Position numbers and translations under genes: made by a program
Notes under the pieces: generated by a model
What the model was told of the DNA's origin: nothing
Seen by the model: the letters and a program-made list of their open reading frames with translations, nothing else
Databases searched by the model: none
Source: an uncultured virus (IMG/VR IMGVR_UViG_3300045961_000160)
Lineage: Duplodnaviria > Heunggongvirae > Uroviricota > Caudoviricetes
Length of the DNA stretch: 59,517 bases
IMG/VR virus record: IMGVR_UViG_3300045961_000160
Direction: 5' to 3' (one strand)
In this document: in pieces, positions 1-10,270 of the stretch
Layout of the letters: each line of letters opens with the position of its first letter
How positions within the stretch are numbered: the stretch's first letter is position 1

Positions 1-121
1 TAATCACTGAACTAGCTGAAGGGATTCCTAACAAATCATCCAAGTTTTCAAATTCAACCTCTTCTGCCGCTGCAGGAGAGCCATTTGCAGCTTCTAAGGC
101 TGCTTTTTCTGCTTCTGTCAT
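1..121 (-). CDS. Partial (N-terminus only) acidic protein downstream of portal; probable crAss-like structural-module gene
   Basis: ATG at 121 reads MTEAEKAALEAANGSPAAAEEVEFENLDDLLGIPSASSVI, open to the window edge; preceded by a TTTTTGCTTATATTA motif. Confidence 0.6.
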   Translation of the reverse strand, partial: MTEAEKAALEAANGSPAAAEEVEFENLDDLLGIPSASSVI

Positions 122-248
122 AATTGTTGGTTTAATACTGACTATAAATAATATAAGCAAAAATATTTAATTGTAAACATATATTGTTTAACTAATTTTA
201 GGTTGCAAAAAACTTTTAACCATCCTATAGTTATAACAACAAAAATTT

Positions 249-2987
249 TTACTTATTAGGTTTTTTCTGATCAAAACGGTTCTTGTTTTCTCTGGCAATT
301 GCAAACTCAGTTTGTTTGTTTGCAGCTTCCATAGTCATCTTTTCTCTCTCAAGATCAAGCTTTTGCTGTTGTAAATCATTTCTAGAACTTTCTTTTGCTC
401 TATTAAAGTTCATTGTATCATTATACTGCTGAGATTGTTTTACATCATTTAAAACATCTTGGAAGTCAGATTGCTGGTTTTGATTAACATCCTGCATGGC
501 ACCATAACCGGCAGCTTTAATTTCAGCTTCAAGTAATCTAGCTCTGCGGTCTTTTTCTTTTTCGCGGGATTCATGATCAAGCTCCATTTGTTTTTCTGCT
601 TTCTTAGCTGCAATTTCTGCTTCTTGTGCTTGTTGTTCTGCAGCCATTTGTTCTTGGCGTTGAGCTTCAGCTTTTTCTTCAATTGCTTTAAGAGCCACAT
701 TAATTGTTCCTAAAGAATCCGTTTGCATTAGTTTACCTAAGTCATACACAGATGCACCAGTAGTATTGTTAGTCATGAACAATTGTTTAAGCTGTTCAAG
801 CATTGTACGGTTGTTTGCATTTGTATTACAGAATACATTTAAGTCAACTAGCAATAAGTCGGTACCATTGATTTCAAAGTTTGTTCTCTCATCTGGAGAA
901 ATCATTCCTTGCAATCTAACAGATGATTTATTTGAATGGTAGTATTGTGCTAAGTCAGTGCGCATTTGATGCACACGCGGCATTAAATGATCACTGTGTT
1001 GAATAAAATAAGTTTCAGTTTGTGCATATGATCCACTAACTGCTTGTTCTACTCCGGTAGCTGTATTTGTTTGTCCAAGTTGTTGACCCATGCGTTGTGG
1101 ATTCAATCCAACTACTTCCATGCATTGTTGTTTGAAGTAATTAGCCAACTGGATTCTTGACATCAAACGTGCAGACTGTTCCATGTTTAACACTTGGTAG
1201 TGTTGGAAGTTTGTTGCACTTTCTGTATTGGCAATACTTGGATCCAATGGTAACATTGAAAAATCTTTCATTGCTACATAGGCTTTGGCCAAATTGTTTT
1301 TACCCCAGTCTTCACCCATAGAGTGTTTAGGAATTGCATTTTGATCTAATACAACTACAGTTCCAATTTCATCAACAAGAATGTCAGCAATCTGGTTATT
1401 GCAAATATTGTAACCAATTTGTGCAGGCTTCATCATATCTACTAATGAAGAAGACTTTGTATTTCTATCAGAGAATACACGTCCTTCAATTGGTAACTTG
1501 GCACCATACATTGTTTTGTCTCCACGGAACTGGAATTTCAATGGTCCGGGTTTTTGTCTATCAATACCAATGTAAATAGGATCAAAATCTGTATCAGTGT
1601 CAGTGTTAAAAATGGTACGGTTGTTTCCAATTTTTACACCACCCCATGTTTGATTAATCCAATACCAATCAACATGGTCTCCAAATACTAAGTTATCTGC
1701 AGTTTCTTTTTTCTCAAATACTTTGTTGTAAAGAGGTTTATTATTGATAATGTAATTCTCATCCACTATCTCTGTAATAACCGCTCCATCCTCATCTATT
1801 GAGGTTAGATGACCAACTTTACGCTGAGTCTTCCAGTAAACTGTAGATACTCTTAATAGTTCTACTGTATGTAAGTAACCAGCATGCTCGCTTTCTCCAA
1901 TGATATAAGACACAACATCATGCGCTGTATAAGCATTCTCTAGGAAAGACATGTGTCGCTTCATGTCCACACCTGAGTCAAGTACATTACTCTTATAGCT
2001 TTGATCAGTATTGTACAATGATCCATCATTAGGAATACCATCAACCATGTATCTAGCAGAACGTGCAGGGTGCAATAGTTCTAATGATTCTAATTGATCT
2101 TCAGTCATTAAGTAACCAAACTTATCAACTACATCTGCAATAGTCATCATGTCAATGTAACCTGCCCAGTTACCTTGAGAAATGTATTGAGTATTTGGTG
2201 ACTTGTGATAAAATGTAAGTGCCGGATTTAATAATTGAATGTCATAATCATCTTCTAACATTCTAAAATGCCAAAATTCACTATCTGTAATAAGTGAATC
2301 TCTAAATGCAACTTCTTCCATTTCATCCATGCGGAATCTGTTAACATCAATTGCATGTTGTTTAACGGCCCACTTTTCAGCAAGAGTTTGATATTTTTTA
2401 GAATAGAACTCTTCAATTTCTGGTAATTTCTTTAATGCTTCTGGATTTAATTGTTGTTGCGCTTCTGGTGAATTAGGGTCCAATCCCATTTCCATCATAT
2501 GAGCTAACAATTTTTGTTGTGCATATTCAACTAAGACCTTACTGATTTCCTCAGTTTTTTTCTCCATAATTTCATTATATGAATACTCATCAACTGCGCG
2601 ATAATCAATCTTTGTATTTCTTTTAGCAAATTCAGATACTAATGTATTAACAACATTAGGAATGATTGGATAAAATTTCAACTCTAATGCTTCATTCTGA
2701 CCTTCAGTAAGAACTTCAAGCATTTCATTCATTTCATTCTCTACTGCAGGAATGTAGTCACTTTTATCAATGGTCCCTTTAGCAAGTTTATAGTTCTTCA
2801 TTATGCGTCTTGCCTTAGCTTGGATCTGTTTAATCCCCTGCCATTCTAACCAGTCCATATTGTGTTTACTCCATTCATCATCCTTCTCTATAGCAGGAAT
2901 GAATTGAATGGGTTGAGTAAATACACCAAATTTATTTTTTTTGGTACGCTTACCCTTTTTTATGTCCATTGCATTTAATAGCTCCAT
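249..2987 (-). CDS. Portal protein (crAss-like)
   Basis: 912 aa directly after TerL with TAATG coupling; YPIIPNVVNTLVSEF and PQRMGQ...TATGVEQAV motifs, C-terminal coiled coil as in Crassvirales portals. Confidence 0.88.
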   Translation of the reverse strand: MELLNAMDIKKGKRTKKNKFGVFTQPIQFIPAIEKDDEWSKHNMDWLEWQGIKQIQAKARRIMKNYKLAKGTIDKSDYIPAVENEMNEMLEVLTEGQNEALELKFYPIIPNVVNTLVSEFAKRNTKIDYRAVDEYSYNEIMEKKTEEISKVLVEYAQQKLLAHMMEMGLDPNSPEAQQQLNPEALKKLPEIEEFYSKKYQTLAEKWAVKQHAIDVNRFRMDEMEEVAFRDSLITDSEFWHFRMLEDDYDIQLLNPALTFYHKSPNTQYISQGNWAGYIDMMTIADVVDKFGYLMTEDQLESLELLHPARSARYMVDGIPNDGSLYNTDQSYKSNVLDSGVDMKRHMSFLENAYTAHDVVSYIIGESEHAGYLHTVELLRVSTVYWKTQRKVGHLTSIDEDGAVITEIVDENYIINNKPLYNKVFEKKETADNLVFGDHVDWYWINQTWGGVKIGNNRTIFNTDTDTDFDPIYIGIDRQKPGPLKFQFRGDKTMYGAKLPIEGRVFSDRNTKSSSLVDMMKPAQIGYNICNNQIADILVDEIGTVVVLDQNAIPKHSMGEDWGKNNLAKAYVAMKDFSMLPLDPSIANTESATNFQHYQVLNMEQSARLMSRIQLANYFKQQCMEVVGLNPQRMGQQLGQTNTATGVEQAVSGSYAQTETYFIQHSDHLMPRVHQMRTDLAQYYHSNKSSVRLQGMISPDERTNFEINGTDLLLVDLNVFCNTNANNRTMLEQLKQLFMTNNTTGASVYDLGKLMQTDSLGTINVALKAIEEKAEAQRQEQMAAEQQAQEAEIAAKKAEKQMELDHESREKEKDRRARLLEAEIKAAGYGAMQDVNQNQQSDFQDVLNDVKQSQQYNDTMNFNRAKESSRNDLQQQKLDLEREKMTMEAANKQTEFAIARENKNRFDQKKPNK

Positions 2988-5209
2988 TATCTAAAATTTT
3001 TAAAAGGATTCCTTGGTTTCTGCATTGAAGATGATTGATTTCCACCTCCAATATGTCTAAACGGACTCCTATTTAATTTATACAAATTTTCTGACTTTTC
3101 CAAATGTTCTTCATTATCAAATTCAGTTCTCTTCTTTAATCCACGACTTGCTTCCTGAATTCTAACAAAAGCAATCAAGGCACCAAGTGAAATTAATCTA
3201 TCCACGTTTATGCCTGGCTGATAGTGTTCCATTTCAACCAAAGCCATGTAATCAGGTATTCTGCTGATACCATAAGTCTTTTTATAGACCTTGCCATTTT
3301 CATCAGTATCCTCATCTAATTCTTCTTTAAGATACTCAATTAAATAACTTAACATGACAGATTTAAAAATTGTTGACACGTTTCTCCAACCATATTGTTG
3401 AAACTGCGTCTTAGATTGTTGGATCTCTTTTGAAAACAACATTTGTGAAGAAGGAACTAAATACTTTTGTTTTCTTTTAAACTGCATGTATTGAATGAAT
3501 AAAGGAACGTTATTTTCCACTATGGTCCATGCTTGGTACCACTCAATCATTAATTCCAGTCTTTCATGAGTTTTATTGATGTCATCAAAACGACCACACC
3601 ATGAAGCTACAATTTTATCTCCTTCAATAAAAGTTTCAACCTCTCCATTTACTTTTACTCTTTGTATTTGAATTGGATTTTTGTAAATATGAATTGAACA
3701 AAGTGAGTCTGAAGTTACTGTTTTACCTTCAGACACGGGGTCAACAGAAGCAAAGTATGTAGTACAGAAGTCCATTTCTTCATCTGGTTCTTCCCATACT
3801 TGTATAGCACCAGTTTTATCTTCTGCAGATTTGTCTACAGGAAAGACTAATATAGGTCTTTTGGTTGTTGGTGATGCAACTATTTCCCCGCGGTTATTGT
3901 ATTCAAGCTTCATACATTTGTAAGGATAATCTCCTTCTTCAATGTCGCGCTTCATTGATTTGACCAGTTCTATAGGAAAGATGCTTTCTCCTCTAAATGC
4001 AAATGCTTCTTCTAGGTTTGTAGGATGCTGTGATATACGGATTTGGTATTGTTCAGGTGTCAAGTCTTTTTTCCACTGCTTTCTTTTTTCTTCAATTGCA
4101 GCAAGTGCAGCATCAATTTGGCTATTGCCAAACTCATCAATGTAAGGAGGCATTGACCATTGTTCTGGAATAAATAATCCAGTTGTCATTACAGTACCTT
4201 TGCTGTCACACCATTTGTTACGCACACCATAGAATCCATTTCCATTTGGTTTGTACATGAACAGTTTAAGAGGTTCACACTGTTTCAAATCACCCACGGA
4301 TCCAGCAGCAATAAAATATCCAGTTGTTATGTCTCCAGATTCCATTGCAGGGCGCATGAACTCATATGTTTTATCCATTGATTTAGCAATACCCGCCTCT
4401 TCATAAAAGAACAAAGTACATAAACCCCCTACACCGGCTGTATCTGATTGCTCAAAGGATAATGATTGCAATACCCCTTTTCTACCTTTTTCAGTTTTGC
4501 GGCCATTCTCAACATACTCAATTTTCTGTTGCCATTCACCTACACCTCCAGGATTCATAGGTCTGTACCATGCAGTATGCTTATTTAGGAATATACGATA
4601 TGCTTGTAAGATTTTCCAGGTTCCGGTAACACCGGTTATATATGCAGAAAGTGACGCACCAATTTTTAAGATTGGTGATTGTTCAAACCAAAGAATATTT
4701 AACAGTTTAGCTGCATGGTATAATGATGATCCAAACTGACGTTTCTTTAATACAACTCCATGATGGTAATCTAATTCCCCAATGAATTCATAAAGAGCCA
4801 TATGCATCTGAGAATCCCAAATGTCTGTAAAGTCATCTTCCTTTTTTACTTTATCTGGAATCTGCAGGAAGTTAATCCAAAAATAGTAATCCCTTGGTAG
4901 ATACCATTTTTTTCCATTGTTCCAAAAGAAACAACCTTTTCTTGATCTTAATTTTTGTTGATCCCAGTAGTTAATAAAATCTCTACTACCTTCTGGTTGA
5001 TCACAGTAATATCCATTCTTTCTAAAGAAGTTACCTTCTTTTTGCCATTCTAAAACTGTTTCATCTAATTCATATTCTCCCGGTTCCTTGAAATAATTTT
5101 TTTGGAGATCAAGTTTAAATTCCTCTCTTGATTTATATGAAACTAAAGTCCATACCCCATTATCATAACAGGGTATGTCTTCATAAATATTTCCAAGTTT
5201 ATCCTGCAT
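2987..5209 (-). CDS. terL: Terminase large subunit
   Basis: VLKKRQFGSS (Walker A-like), FFYEEAG (Walker B), ASVDPV nuclease motif, terminal DRLIS. Confidence 0.93.
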   Translation of the reverse strand: MQDKLGNIYEDIPCYDNGVWTLVSYKSREEFKLDLQKNYFKEPGEYELDETVLEWQKEGNFFRKNGYYCDQPEGSRDFINYWDQQKLRSRKGCFFWNNGKKWYLPRDYYFWINFLQIPDKVKKEDDFTDIWDSQMHMALYEFIGELDYHHGVVLKKRQFGSSLYHAAKLLNILWFEQSPILKIGASLSAYITGVTGTWKILQAYRIFLNKHTAWYRPMNPGGVGEWQQKIEYVENGRKTEKGRKGVLQSLSFEQSDTAGVGGLCTLFFYEEAGIAKSMDKTYEFMRPAMESGDITTGYFIAAGSVGDLKQCEPLKLFMYKPNGNGFYGVRNKWCDSKGTVMTTGLFIPEQWSMPPYIDEFGNSQIDAALAAIEEKRKQWKKDLTPEQYQIRISQHPTNLEEAFAFRGESIFPIELVKSMKRDIEEGDYPYKCMKLEYNNRGEIVASPTTKRPILVFPVDKSAEDKTGAIQVWEEPDEEMDFCTTYFASVDPVSEGKTVTSDSLCSIHIYKNPIQIQRVKVNGEVETFIEGDKIVASWCGRFDDINKTHERLELMIEWYQAWTIVENNVPLFIQYMQFKRKQKYLVPSSQMLFSKEIQQSKTQFQQYGWRNVSTIFKSVMLSYLIEYLKEELDEDTDENGKVYKKTYGISRIPDYMALVEMEHYQPGINVDRLISLGALIAFVRIQEASRGLKKRTEFDNEEHLEKSENLYKLNRSPFRHIGGGNQSSSMQKPRNPFKNFR

Positions 5210-5219
5210 CTTTGATTAA

Positions 5220-5732
5220 TTAATCATCATATGATAATCTACTTCCTCCGCGCGCTCTTGATGATTGTTCCTCTTCAAGATCTTTGGCAACTCCTTTAAA
5301 TGATTTACGGATTGAATCAAAGTTTTTAGCAGCTTGAATGATTGCACTAATGTTACCATCTCTACCATCTGTAATACTTTGGGTCTCCATATAAAATGCT
5401 AGTTTTTCAAGCATGTTAGCAATACCGTTGTATGCTCTTACAGTTGGTGTTTCATACAGAGACCTGCATCTATCCAAAGCTATTCTAACAAGTCTGTCTT
5501 CTGGATCAAAAGTAGCTTCTAAATCTTTTAGAATCTCTTCTTGTATATCATCCTGTGGTCTGTTATAATATGGATTTTCTGAACTTCTACATGTCATGTA
5601 AAATAGATAGGAAAAAATTTGCATGTGTTTTTCCGGATACTCCTCCATAATACGCTTTAGGAAGGGTAGCGTGTGGCAATGTTCTGTTGGAATTACTGCA
5701 TTACCTTGAAGGTCAAATAATTTAATGGCCAT
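5220..5732 (-). CDS. Conserved crAss-like protein upstream of TerL (possible small terminase-related)
   Basis: 170 aa; position and C-terminal ARGG motif resemble the conserved gene preceding TerL in crAss-like phages. Confidence 0.55.
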   Translation of the reverse strand: MAIKLFDLQGNAVIPTEHCHTLPFLKRIMEEYPEKHMQIFSYLFYMTCRSSENPYYNRPQDDIQEEILKDLEATFDPEDRLVRIALDRCRSLYETPTVRAYNGIANMLEKLAFYMETQSITDGRDGNISAIIQAAKNFDSIRKSFKGVAKDLEEEQSSRARGGSRLSYDD

Positions 5733-6561
5733 GGTTCAATATTTTATCTTTGTGTTCTTGTACATATTTAAACATAGCAATCACTTCTTTTTTCATGTAT
5801 GGTAATTCATACGGTGTAACCTTTCTTACCATTGGATCACCTTTAGCATCATGTGCAATAACAGGATACCCGTTGGCATCAATGTGATCAATTTCAAATT
5901 CAACATGATCTAATTGAATTTTTCCAGGTTGTAAATTGAAGTTGTGCTTTTGAATAATATACATATAAGTACTCAATTGTAATGCATACTCATTGTAATT
6001 ACATTCATCTAAATGTGATAAAGGGCCAAGAAGTTTTTTTGATTTTCCATTTTTACCAACAAAGCCAGCCATTTTAATTTCCTTATTTGTTTTGTAATCA
6101 TAGACATCAATCCTGTCATTTACAATTTCAATTCTATCTGCTTGTCCACAAATACCAACTGATTTTAAATAAACAAGGTGCTCTGGATAAATACCCTCAA
6201 CAAGTTGTTGATCCGGTGCCAATTTAACAAGTCCATCCATTAAAGGATTAACAATAGTTAATTCTCTTCCCTGGCGAGTAATTGTGTTGCAGGCAAGCAA
6301 ATCTTTTTCTCTTTGATCATGGTACCATGAACCTAAATTAACTGCTCTTTTGTTTTCAGAATCCCAAAGAGCAATAATATCTTTAGGTTTCATTTTGTTG
6401 TACTTAGGATTCTTTCCTTTAGAACAAGCCTCAGCCATTGCTACAGTGTCAAATGGCTCTTTGAAAAAGTGTATTAACCGAGTAACACTAATCCAATCTA
6501 TTGGATCTGTCTCATCAATACTGATGTATTTATGATCATCTGCATAAAATTTTACACTCAT
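5722..6561 (-). CDS. PD-(D/E)XK family nuclease
   Basis: SVTRLI, GSWYH, GQADRI...VYDYKTN, YALQLSTY motifs. Confidence 0.85.
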   Translation of the reverse strand: MSVKFYADDHKYISIDETDPIDWISVTRLIHFFKEPFDTVAMAEACSKGKNPKYNKMKPKDIIALWDSENKRAVNLGSWYHDQREKDLLACNTITRQGRELTIVNPLMDGLVKLAPDQQLVEGIYPEHLVYLKSVGICGQADRIEIVNDRIDVYDYKTNKEIKMAGFVGKNGKSKKLLGPLSHLDECNYNEYALQLSTYMYIIQKHNFNLQPGKIQLDHVEFEIDHIDANGYPVIAHDAKGDPMVRKVTPYELPYMKKEVIAMFKYVQEHKDKILNHGH

Positions 6562-6896
6562 ATTTCCAGTTTAGATTTTTCTTCTATAAATTTTAAACCA
6601 AGTTGACGCACTTCTGGATCTGGAGATTGCATTAATGCTTTTAATTTAAAATAATTATCAGAAGTAATAATTCCTGCAGCTAATAAATCAGCTACAGTTT
6701 CAATATAACCATTCCAAGACATTAGTGGTATTATTCCTGAAGAACCTGATGTTCCAGGATTACCTGCCATAATACCTATATTTCCTGGATGACTCGCATT
6801 TCCGGGATTAGGTGTAAAAATAGGATGACTTGCATTTCCCGCATGCCCTCCAAACAAATTTTGATTAGAAGCATTTATTTTTCTTGCATCACTCAT
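6558..6896 (-). CDS. Hypothetical protein with low-complexity N-terminus and C-terminal S-x-D-x-E helical module
   Basis: GNASHP repeated twice (DNA repeat 6787-6803 and 6823-6839); C-terminal LMQSPDPEVRQLG; coupled to neighbours. Confidence 0.6.
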   Translation of the reverse strand: MSDARKINASNQNLFGGHAGNASHPIFTPNPGNASHPGNIGIMAGNPGTSGSSGIIPLMSWNGYIETVADLLAAGIITSDNYFKLKALMQSPDPEVRQLGLKFIEEKSKLEI

Positions 6897-7209
6897 TGTC
6901 TTCTTTTTTTAAATTTTGTTGTAATAAGTAATTTTCTTCATGTGACAAAACAGCATCCCATTTTTTTAATGGGCACTCAGATCCAAGTGATCTAAGTTTT
7001 AATTGTAGTGAACAACCGCATTCACCACAACATGGTGAAGTTCCCGGAACCAAGCATTCAGTTCCTTCTAAGTCAAGTTTATCACACTTTTGACAAGCGG
7101 AATATCTTTCAGTTGCAATTTCTTCAACATGTTCTTTTTTAAACACATTGTTTTTAATCCCGTCCAGAATCTCCCCTTTGTTTTTCCAGATTGCTATGAT
7201 ATTTTTCAT
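6889..7209 (-). CDS. Cys-rich putative zinc-binding protein
   Basis: CQKC...C...CCGECGC...CPLKKW; start reassigned to ATG 7209 to reduce overlap. Confidence 0.65.
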   Translation of the reverse strand: MKNIIAIWKNKGEILDGIKNNVFKKEHVEEIATERYSACQKCDKLDLEGTECLVPGTSPCCGECGCSLQLKLRSLGSECPLKKWDAVLSHEENYLLQQNLKKEDNE

Positions 7210-7543
7210 GAATTCCTTTATAATAAATTTCACATATCTCTAAAGCTTTTACTTTCTTATCTAGCAGAGCTTTAGAGAGATTGTACTTTACCACTTTCTT
7301 AAAGTCTTCTTGGTTGTTGCTGGCAAGAAGTTTTTGCAAACCTTCAATATCTCTTTTTAGTTTTCTTTTACTTAATCTTAATGTTCCAAGACCATGTAAA
7401 AAAATAGTAGGATGCTCTAGTGATTCTATTTTAGCGCGTACACACTTGTAATAGAAGTTGACCACATCAGCAACTACTTCTTCAGAGATATTTAAATCCT
7501 GAGCTGTTTTTTTAATAAGCTCTTTACCCTTCGTTGGCCTCAA
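7154..7543 (-). CDS. IHF/HU-like DNA-binding protein
   Basis: KELIKKTAQDLNISEEVVADVV...IFLHGLGTL pattern of the HU/IHF fold; usual position in crAss-like genomes. Confidence 0.7.
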   Translation of the reverse strand: MRPTKGKELIKKTAQDLNISEEVVADVVNFYYKCVRAKIESLEHPTIFLHGLGTLRLSKRKLKRDIEGLQKLLASNNQEDFKKVVKYNLSKALLDKKVKALEICEIYYKGIHEKYHSNLEKQRGDSGRD

Positions 7544-7895
7544 CGTGATAAACTTTTAAGTTAAGTAAAATTGTACCTTGAGTTAAAACATTCAAGTCTT
7601 TGTTTAAAGAAACAACTTTGTTCCCTAATCCACTTCTTGATACCAAACCTTCTTTAACTGATTTTGTAATAAAATTCCTAGTTGTTTGAACATTTCCAAA
7701 AATTTCATTCATTACAACCTGCTCACAAAAATCAGACATGTTCATATCACCATACATGCCTAACAATGATAGACAGTCTAGTTGAGCCGGACTCAATCTG
7801 ATTTTATTTGTAAAGCAGTGCATGTTAATCTGAAACTTTATCACATCAAATAAAGATAGCGGCACTTGCTTATTTACTACTAATGCCTTTGCCAT
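7524..7895 (-). CDS. Hypothetical protein, possible winged-helix
   Basis: 123 aa in operon; LSPAQLDCL...VQTTRNFITKSVKEGLVSR resembles wHTH. Confidence 0.5.
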   Translation of the reverse strand: MAKALVVNKQVPLSLFDVIKFQINMHCFTNKIRLSPAQLDCLSLLGMYGDMNMSDFCEQVVMNEIFGNVQTTRNFITKSVKEGLVSRSGLGNKVVSLNKDLNVLTQGTILLNLKVYHVEANEG

Positions 7896-7897
7896 AA

Positions 7898-8170
7898 TTA
7901 TTCAGTAACTGGTTTTTCTTCTGAGTTTTCTTTTTCTTGGTCTGTTTCATCAACTTCTTTAAAAGCCATATTAAGTTGCATCATTTTCCAAGTATACTCC
8001 ATGGATTCAAATTTTGCTTTATTAATTCTAGCTCTAAGTTCTTGAACATCACATTCAGCAGTAAGCATTTTTTTCTGCTCTGCATAAAACTTTAATGTTT
8101 CCATGCGCATTGCATGTAATTCAGCTTCTGTGTACTCTCTGTCTGAATTTTGGTTGGTTTTTTCTGACAT
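7898..8170 (-). CDS. Hypothetical coiled-coil protein
   Basis: 90 aa; preceded by TACATTTG promoter-like element. Confidence 0.6.
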   Translation of the reverse strand: MSEKTNQNSDREYTEAELHAMRMETLKFYAEQKKMLTAECDVQELRARINKAKFESMEYTWKMMQLNMAFKEVDETDQEKENSEEKPVTE

Positions 8171-8190
8171 AACATTTTTTATTTACTGGT

Positions 8191-8198
8191 CAAATGTA
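8191..8198 (-). promoter_or_regulatory. Bacteroidota-type -7 promoter element (TAnnTTTG)
   Basis: TACATTTG on minus strand just upstream of the ATG at 8170; similar sites at 13801, 25076, 25445, 26276, 26682 (minus) and 29970, 54469 (plus). Confidence 0.55.
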
Positions 8199-8230
8199 AC
8201 AAAAAATGTTTAACTAATTAATGTTTAAAT

Positions 8231-8258
8231 AAAAAAAAGCCCTCAGTTTGAGAGCTTT
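8231..8258 (-). terminator. Intrinsic terminator
   Basis: Imperfect hairpin aaagctctc/gagggcttt followed by a T run on the minus strand, after gene 8289-8582. Confidence 0.55.
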
Positions 8259-8288
8259 AATTGATGATACGCAAACTAATAAATTAGA

Positions 8289-8582
8289 TTATCTTCTTCT
8301 AGGATTATTGCCTTTTCCGTTTCTGGCGCGGTTTGTAGATGCTTTTTCATTCACCAAAGCTCCTTTCTTTGTGTGGGATTTATCTTTACCATCTCCATTA
8401 CCATAAGTACCTGATTTACGGTTTGCAGCATTTAATTCTTCTCTGTATTTAACACGAGAAGGTGCTGCATGATATTCAGTGTTGTATGCATTTTTTTTCT
8501 TGCGGGCTTCTGGGTGTGAAGCAAAATATTTTGCAGATTTGCTGGTACCTGTAGATTTGCCTGCTAATGAATTTCTAGCCAT
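8289..8582 (-). CDS. Small basic protein, HNH-like
   Basis: GNGDGKDKSH...ASTNRARN resembles a compact HNH motif. Confidence 0.55.
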   Translation of the reverse strand: MARNSLAGKSTGTSKSAKYFASHPEARKKKNAYNTEYHAAPSRVKYREELNAANRKSGTYGNGDGKDKSHTKKGALVNEKASTNRARNGKGNNPRRR

Positions 8583-8740
8583 TACTTATTTTTTATTGCA
8601 AAGTTTAATAGTGTAAACATATAAAACTTTTTAGAAAAATCTAGTTCAATCCAAAGGAAATCAACAAATGAAAGTCTTATTCTAATTTTAAACTTATCAA
8701 ATTGCTTGTTAGTTACTTTCCAGTTATTTCTAAATTTCAT
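8582..8740 (-). CDS. Small hypothetical protein (52 aa, absent from ORF track)
   Basis: MKFRNNWKVTNKQFDKFKIRIRLSFVDFLWIELDFSKKFYMFTLLNFAIKNK; stop overlaps next start (TAATG). Confidence 0.6.
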   Translation of the reverse strand: MKFRNNWKVTNKQFDKFKIRIRLSFVDFLWIELDFSKKFYMFTLLNFAIKNK

Positions 8741-8757
8741 GATAAAACGGATTTAAA

Positions 8758-9276
8758 TTAAGCTTCATTTTTACTAATGACACCCTTAGCATCTAATAAA
8801 ACTTTGCGCACATTAGTTGGTTGTGCAACTTTCCATGCAGTTCTTCTTGCCTGATGTAATCTTGATTTTAATATTCTTGTCACTGAAACTGAGTTTCCTT
8901 GGTTTCCGCCAAGTACATGATAACAATCTTTGTCTTCTCCAACATAAATGCCTACATGACCTCCTCCATTTCTTTTAAATGTAAGAATATCTCCTAACAT
9001 AGGTTCAGTTGATTTAGTGCCGTATTTGGCCCAATTTAAAGCCCAAAGAGGTGCATCTACAACCTGTACACTAGCTTTGTGTGCACAATATGCAATAAAT
9101 AGTCCACACCATGGAATTTCATCTGCCGTATAAACTTTATTTAGATCAAGTTCTTTAGCCCAATCCATGATTACAGGATTGTGTTGTTTACCTACAATCT
9201 CTTTAGTGCCAAGCAACTTTACTGCTTCAACTAAAATTTTGGGGGATTTTTCCTCCTGTAAAAAACTATAACTCAT
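8758..9276 (-). CDS. TIGR02594-family (NlpC/P60/CHAP-like) peptidoglycan hydrolase, probable endolysin
   Basis: DEIPWCGLF...GGGHVGIYVG...VLGGNQGNSV; next to holin. Confidence 0.85.
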   Translation of the reverse strand: MSYSFLQEEKSPKILVEAVKLLGTKEIVGKQHNPVIMDWAKELDLNKVYTADEIPWCGLFIAYCAHKASVQVVDAPLWALNWAKYGTKSTEPMLGDILTFKRNGGGHVGIYVGEDKDCYHVLGGNQGNSVSVTRILKSRLHQARRTAWKVAQPTNVRKVLLDAKGVISKNEA

Positions 9277-9279
9277 ACA

Positions 9280-9777
9280 TCAATCTTTAATATTCTTGTA
9301 AGTTTCTGATACTTTTTCTATAGTACCTCTTATTTTTTTAACCACTCCAAAAACAGATTTAAGCATATTATTTCCGGTAATATCAAACCAGTTTTCATTA
9401 ATTGAAGATAACTCCATTATTGAAAATATGCAAAGTAAAATGTTTGTATAAACAGCTTGTGTAGGAACGCTAAATGAATATCCTAATACTTTAATTAACC
9501 CATTGCTAAATGGAGTTAATGCATAATAGTCTAATGGAAATAAAGCCAAAGCCAAAATGTAATATCCAGCAGCTTTAAAAATATACCCTCTTCTTAATAT
9601 TTTAGATCTAAAGACATCTTTGTATTTTTTGCTTTCAGTAATGGCAATTTTCTTTAATGAAATTAGTTTTACAATTGTGTCTATAAAAATGATAACCATT
9701 AATATAATTGCACATAATTCTATTGGGGCAAAAAATGAAAAAAGAGACACTATAAGGAGAGTTATTTTAGTTTTCAT
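9280..9777 (-). CDS. Holin-like membrane protein
   Basis: Several TM segments, IFIDT and ELSSINEN motifs typical of Bacteroidota phage holins. Confidence 0.7.
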   Translation of the reverse strand: MKTKITLLIVSLFSFFAPIELCAIILMVIIFIDTIVKLISLKKIAITESKKYKDVFRSKILRRGYIFKAAGYYILALALFPLDYYALTPFSNGLIKVLGYSFSVPTQAVYTNILLCIFSIMELSSINENWFDITGNNMLKSVFGVVKKIRGTIEKVSETYKNIKD

Positions 9778-10262
9778 AGTACTTTACTTGAAATAATTTT
9801 AAATACAATGTAGAGGATTATAATCAGCAAACTGATGCCGCCTACATAGGCTAAAAAGATTACCCAAGAAGGAATGTACTTTATTCTCTCCGGTTTAGAT
9901 GTTTTTGTAACTACTTTAGTGTGGTATACATCATTTCCTTTTATGACTTTGATAATTGGATCCGTGGTAGCTTTAGAAGTATAGACATTGTTTTGAAGTT
10001 TGGTCTGAAGACTTAGGATTTTACCATCTTTGTCTCTTAGAATTCCATTAAGTTTAGAAACAACATTGCCTAAAGAGTCACAATATAATGTGTCTTGAAT
10101 ATAAAGTGTTTCTCCAGGAATATTTATTGTTGTGTCTCTGTACTCAATAATTTTTTCAGTACTGTCTTTTTGTGTACACAACGGGCAGTATTTAGCCAGT
10201 CTCTTTTCTAATGAACAAGAGGTAACTGAAATAAATAACAATATGTATAATAAATTTTTCAT
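9774..10262 (-). CDS. Lipoprotein with C-terminal TM helix; candidate unimolecular spanin
   Basis: Lipobox ISVTSC at the N-terminus, beta-rich middle, C-terminal hydrophobic helix; adjacent to holin and endolysin. Confidence 0.6.
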   Translation of the reverse strand: MKNLLYILLFISVTSCSLEKRLAKYCPLCTQKDSTEKIIEYRDTTINIPGETLYIQDTLYCDSLGNVVSKLNGILRDKDGKILSLQTKLQNNVYTSKATTDPIIKVIKGNDVYHTKVVTKTSKPERIKYIPSWVIFLAYVGGISLLIIILYIVFKIISSKVL

Positions 10263-10270
10263 TTGAATTT

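Noticed and set aside
2987..5209. Introns or inteins in TerL, PolB, DnaB or primase
   Set aside because: ORFs are uninterrupted, of ordinary size, and show no intein motifs
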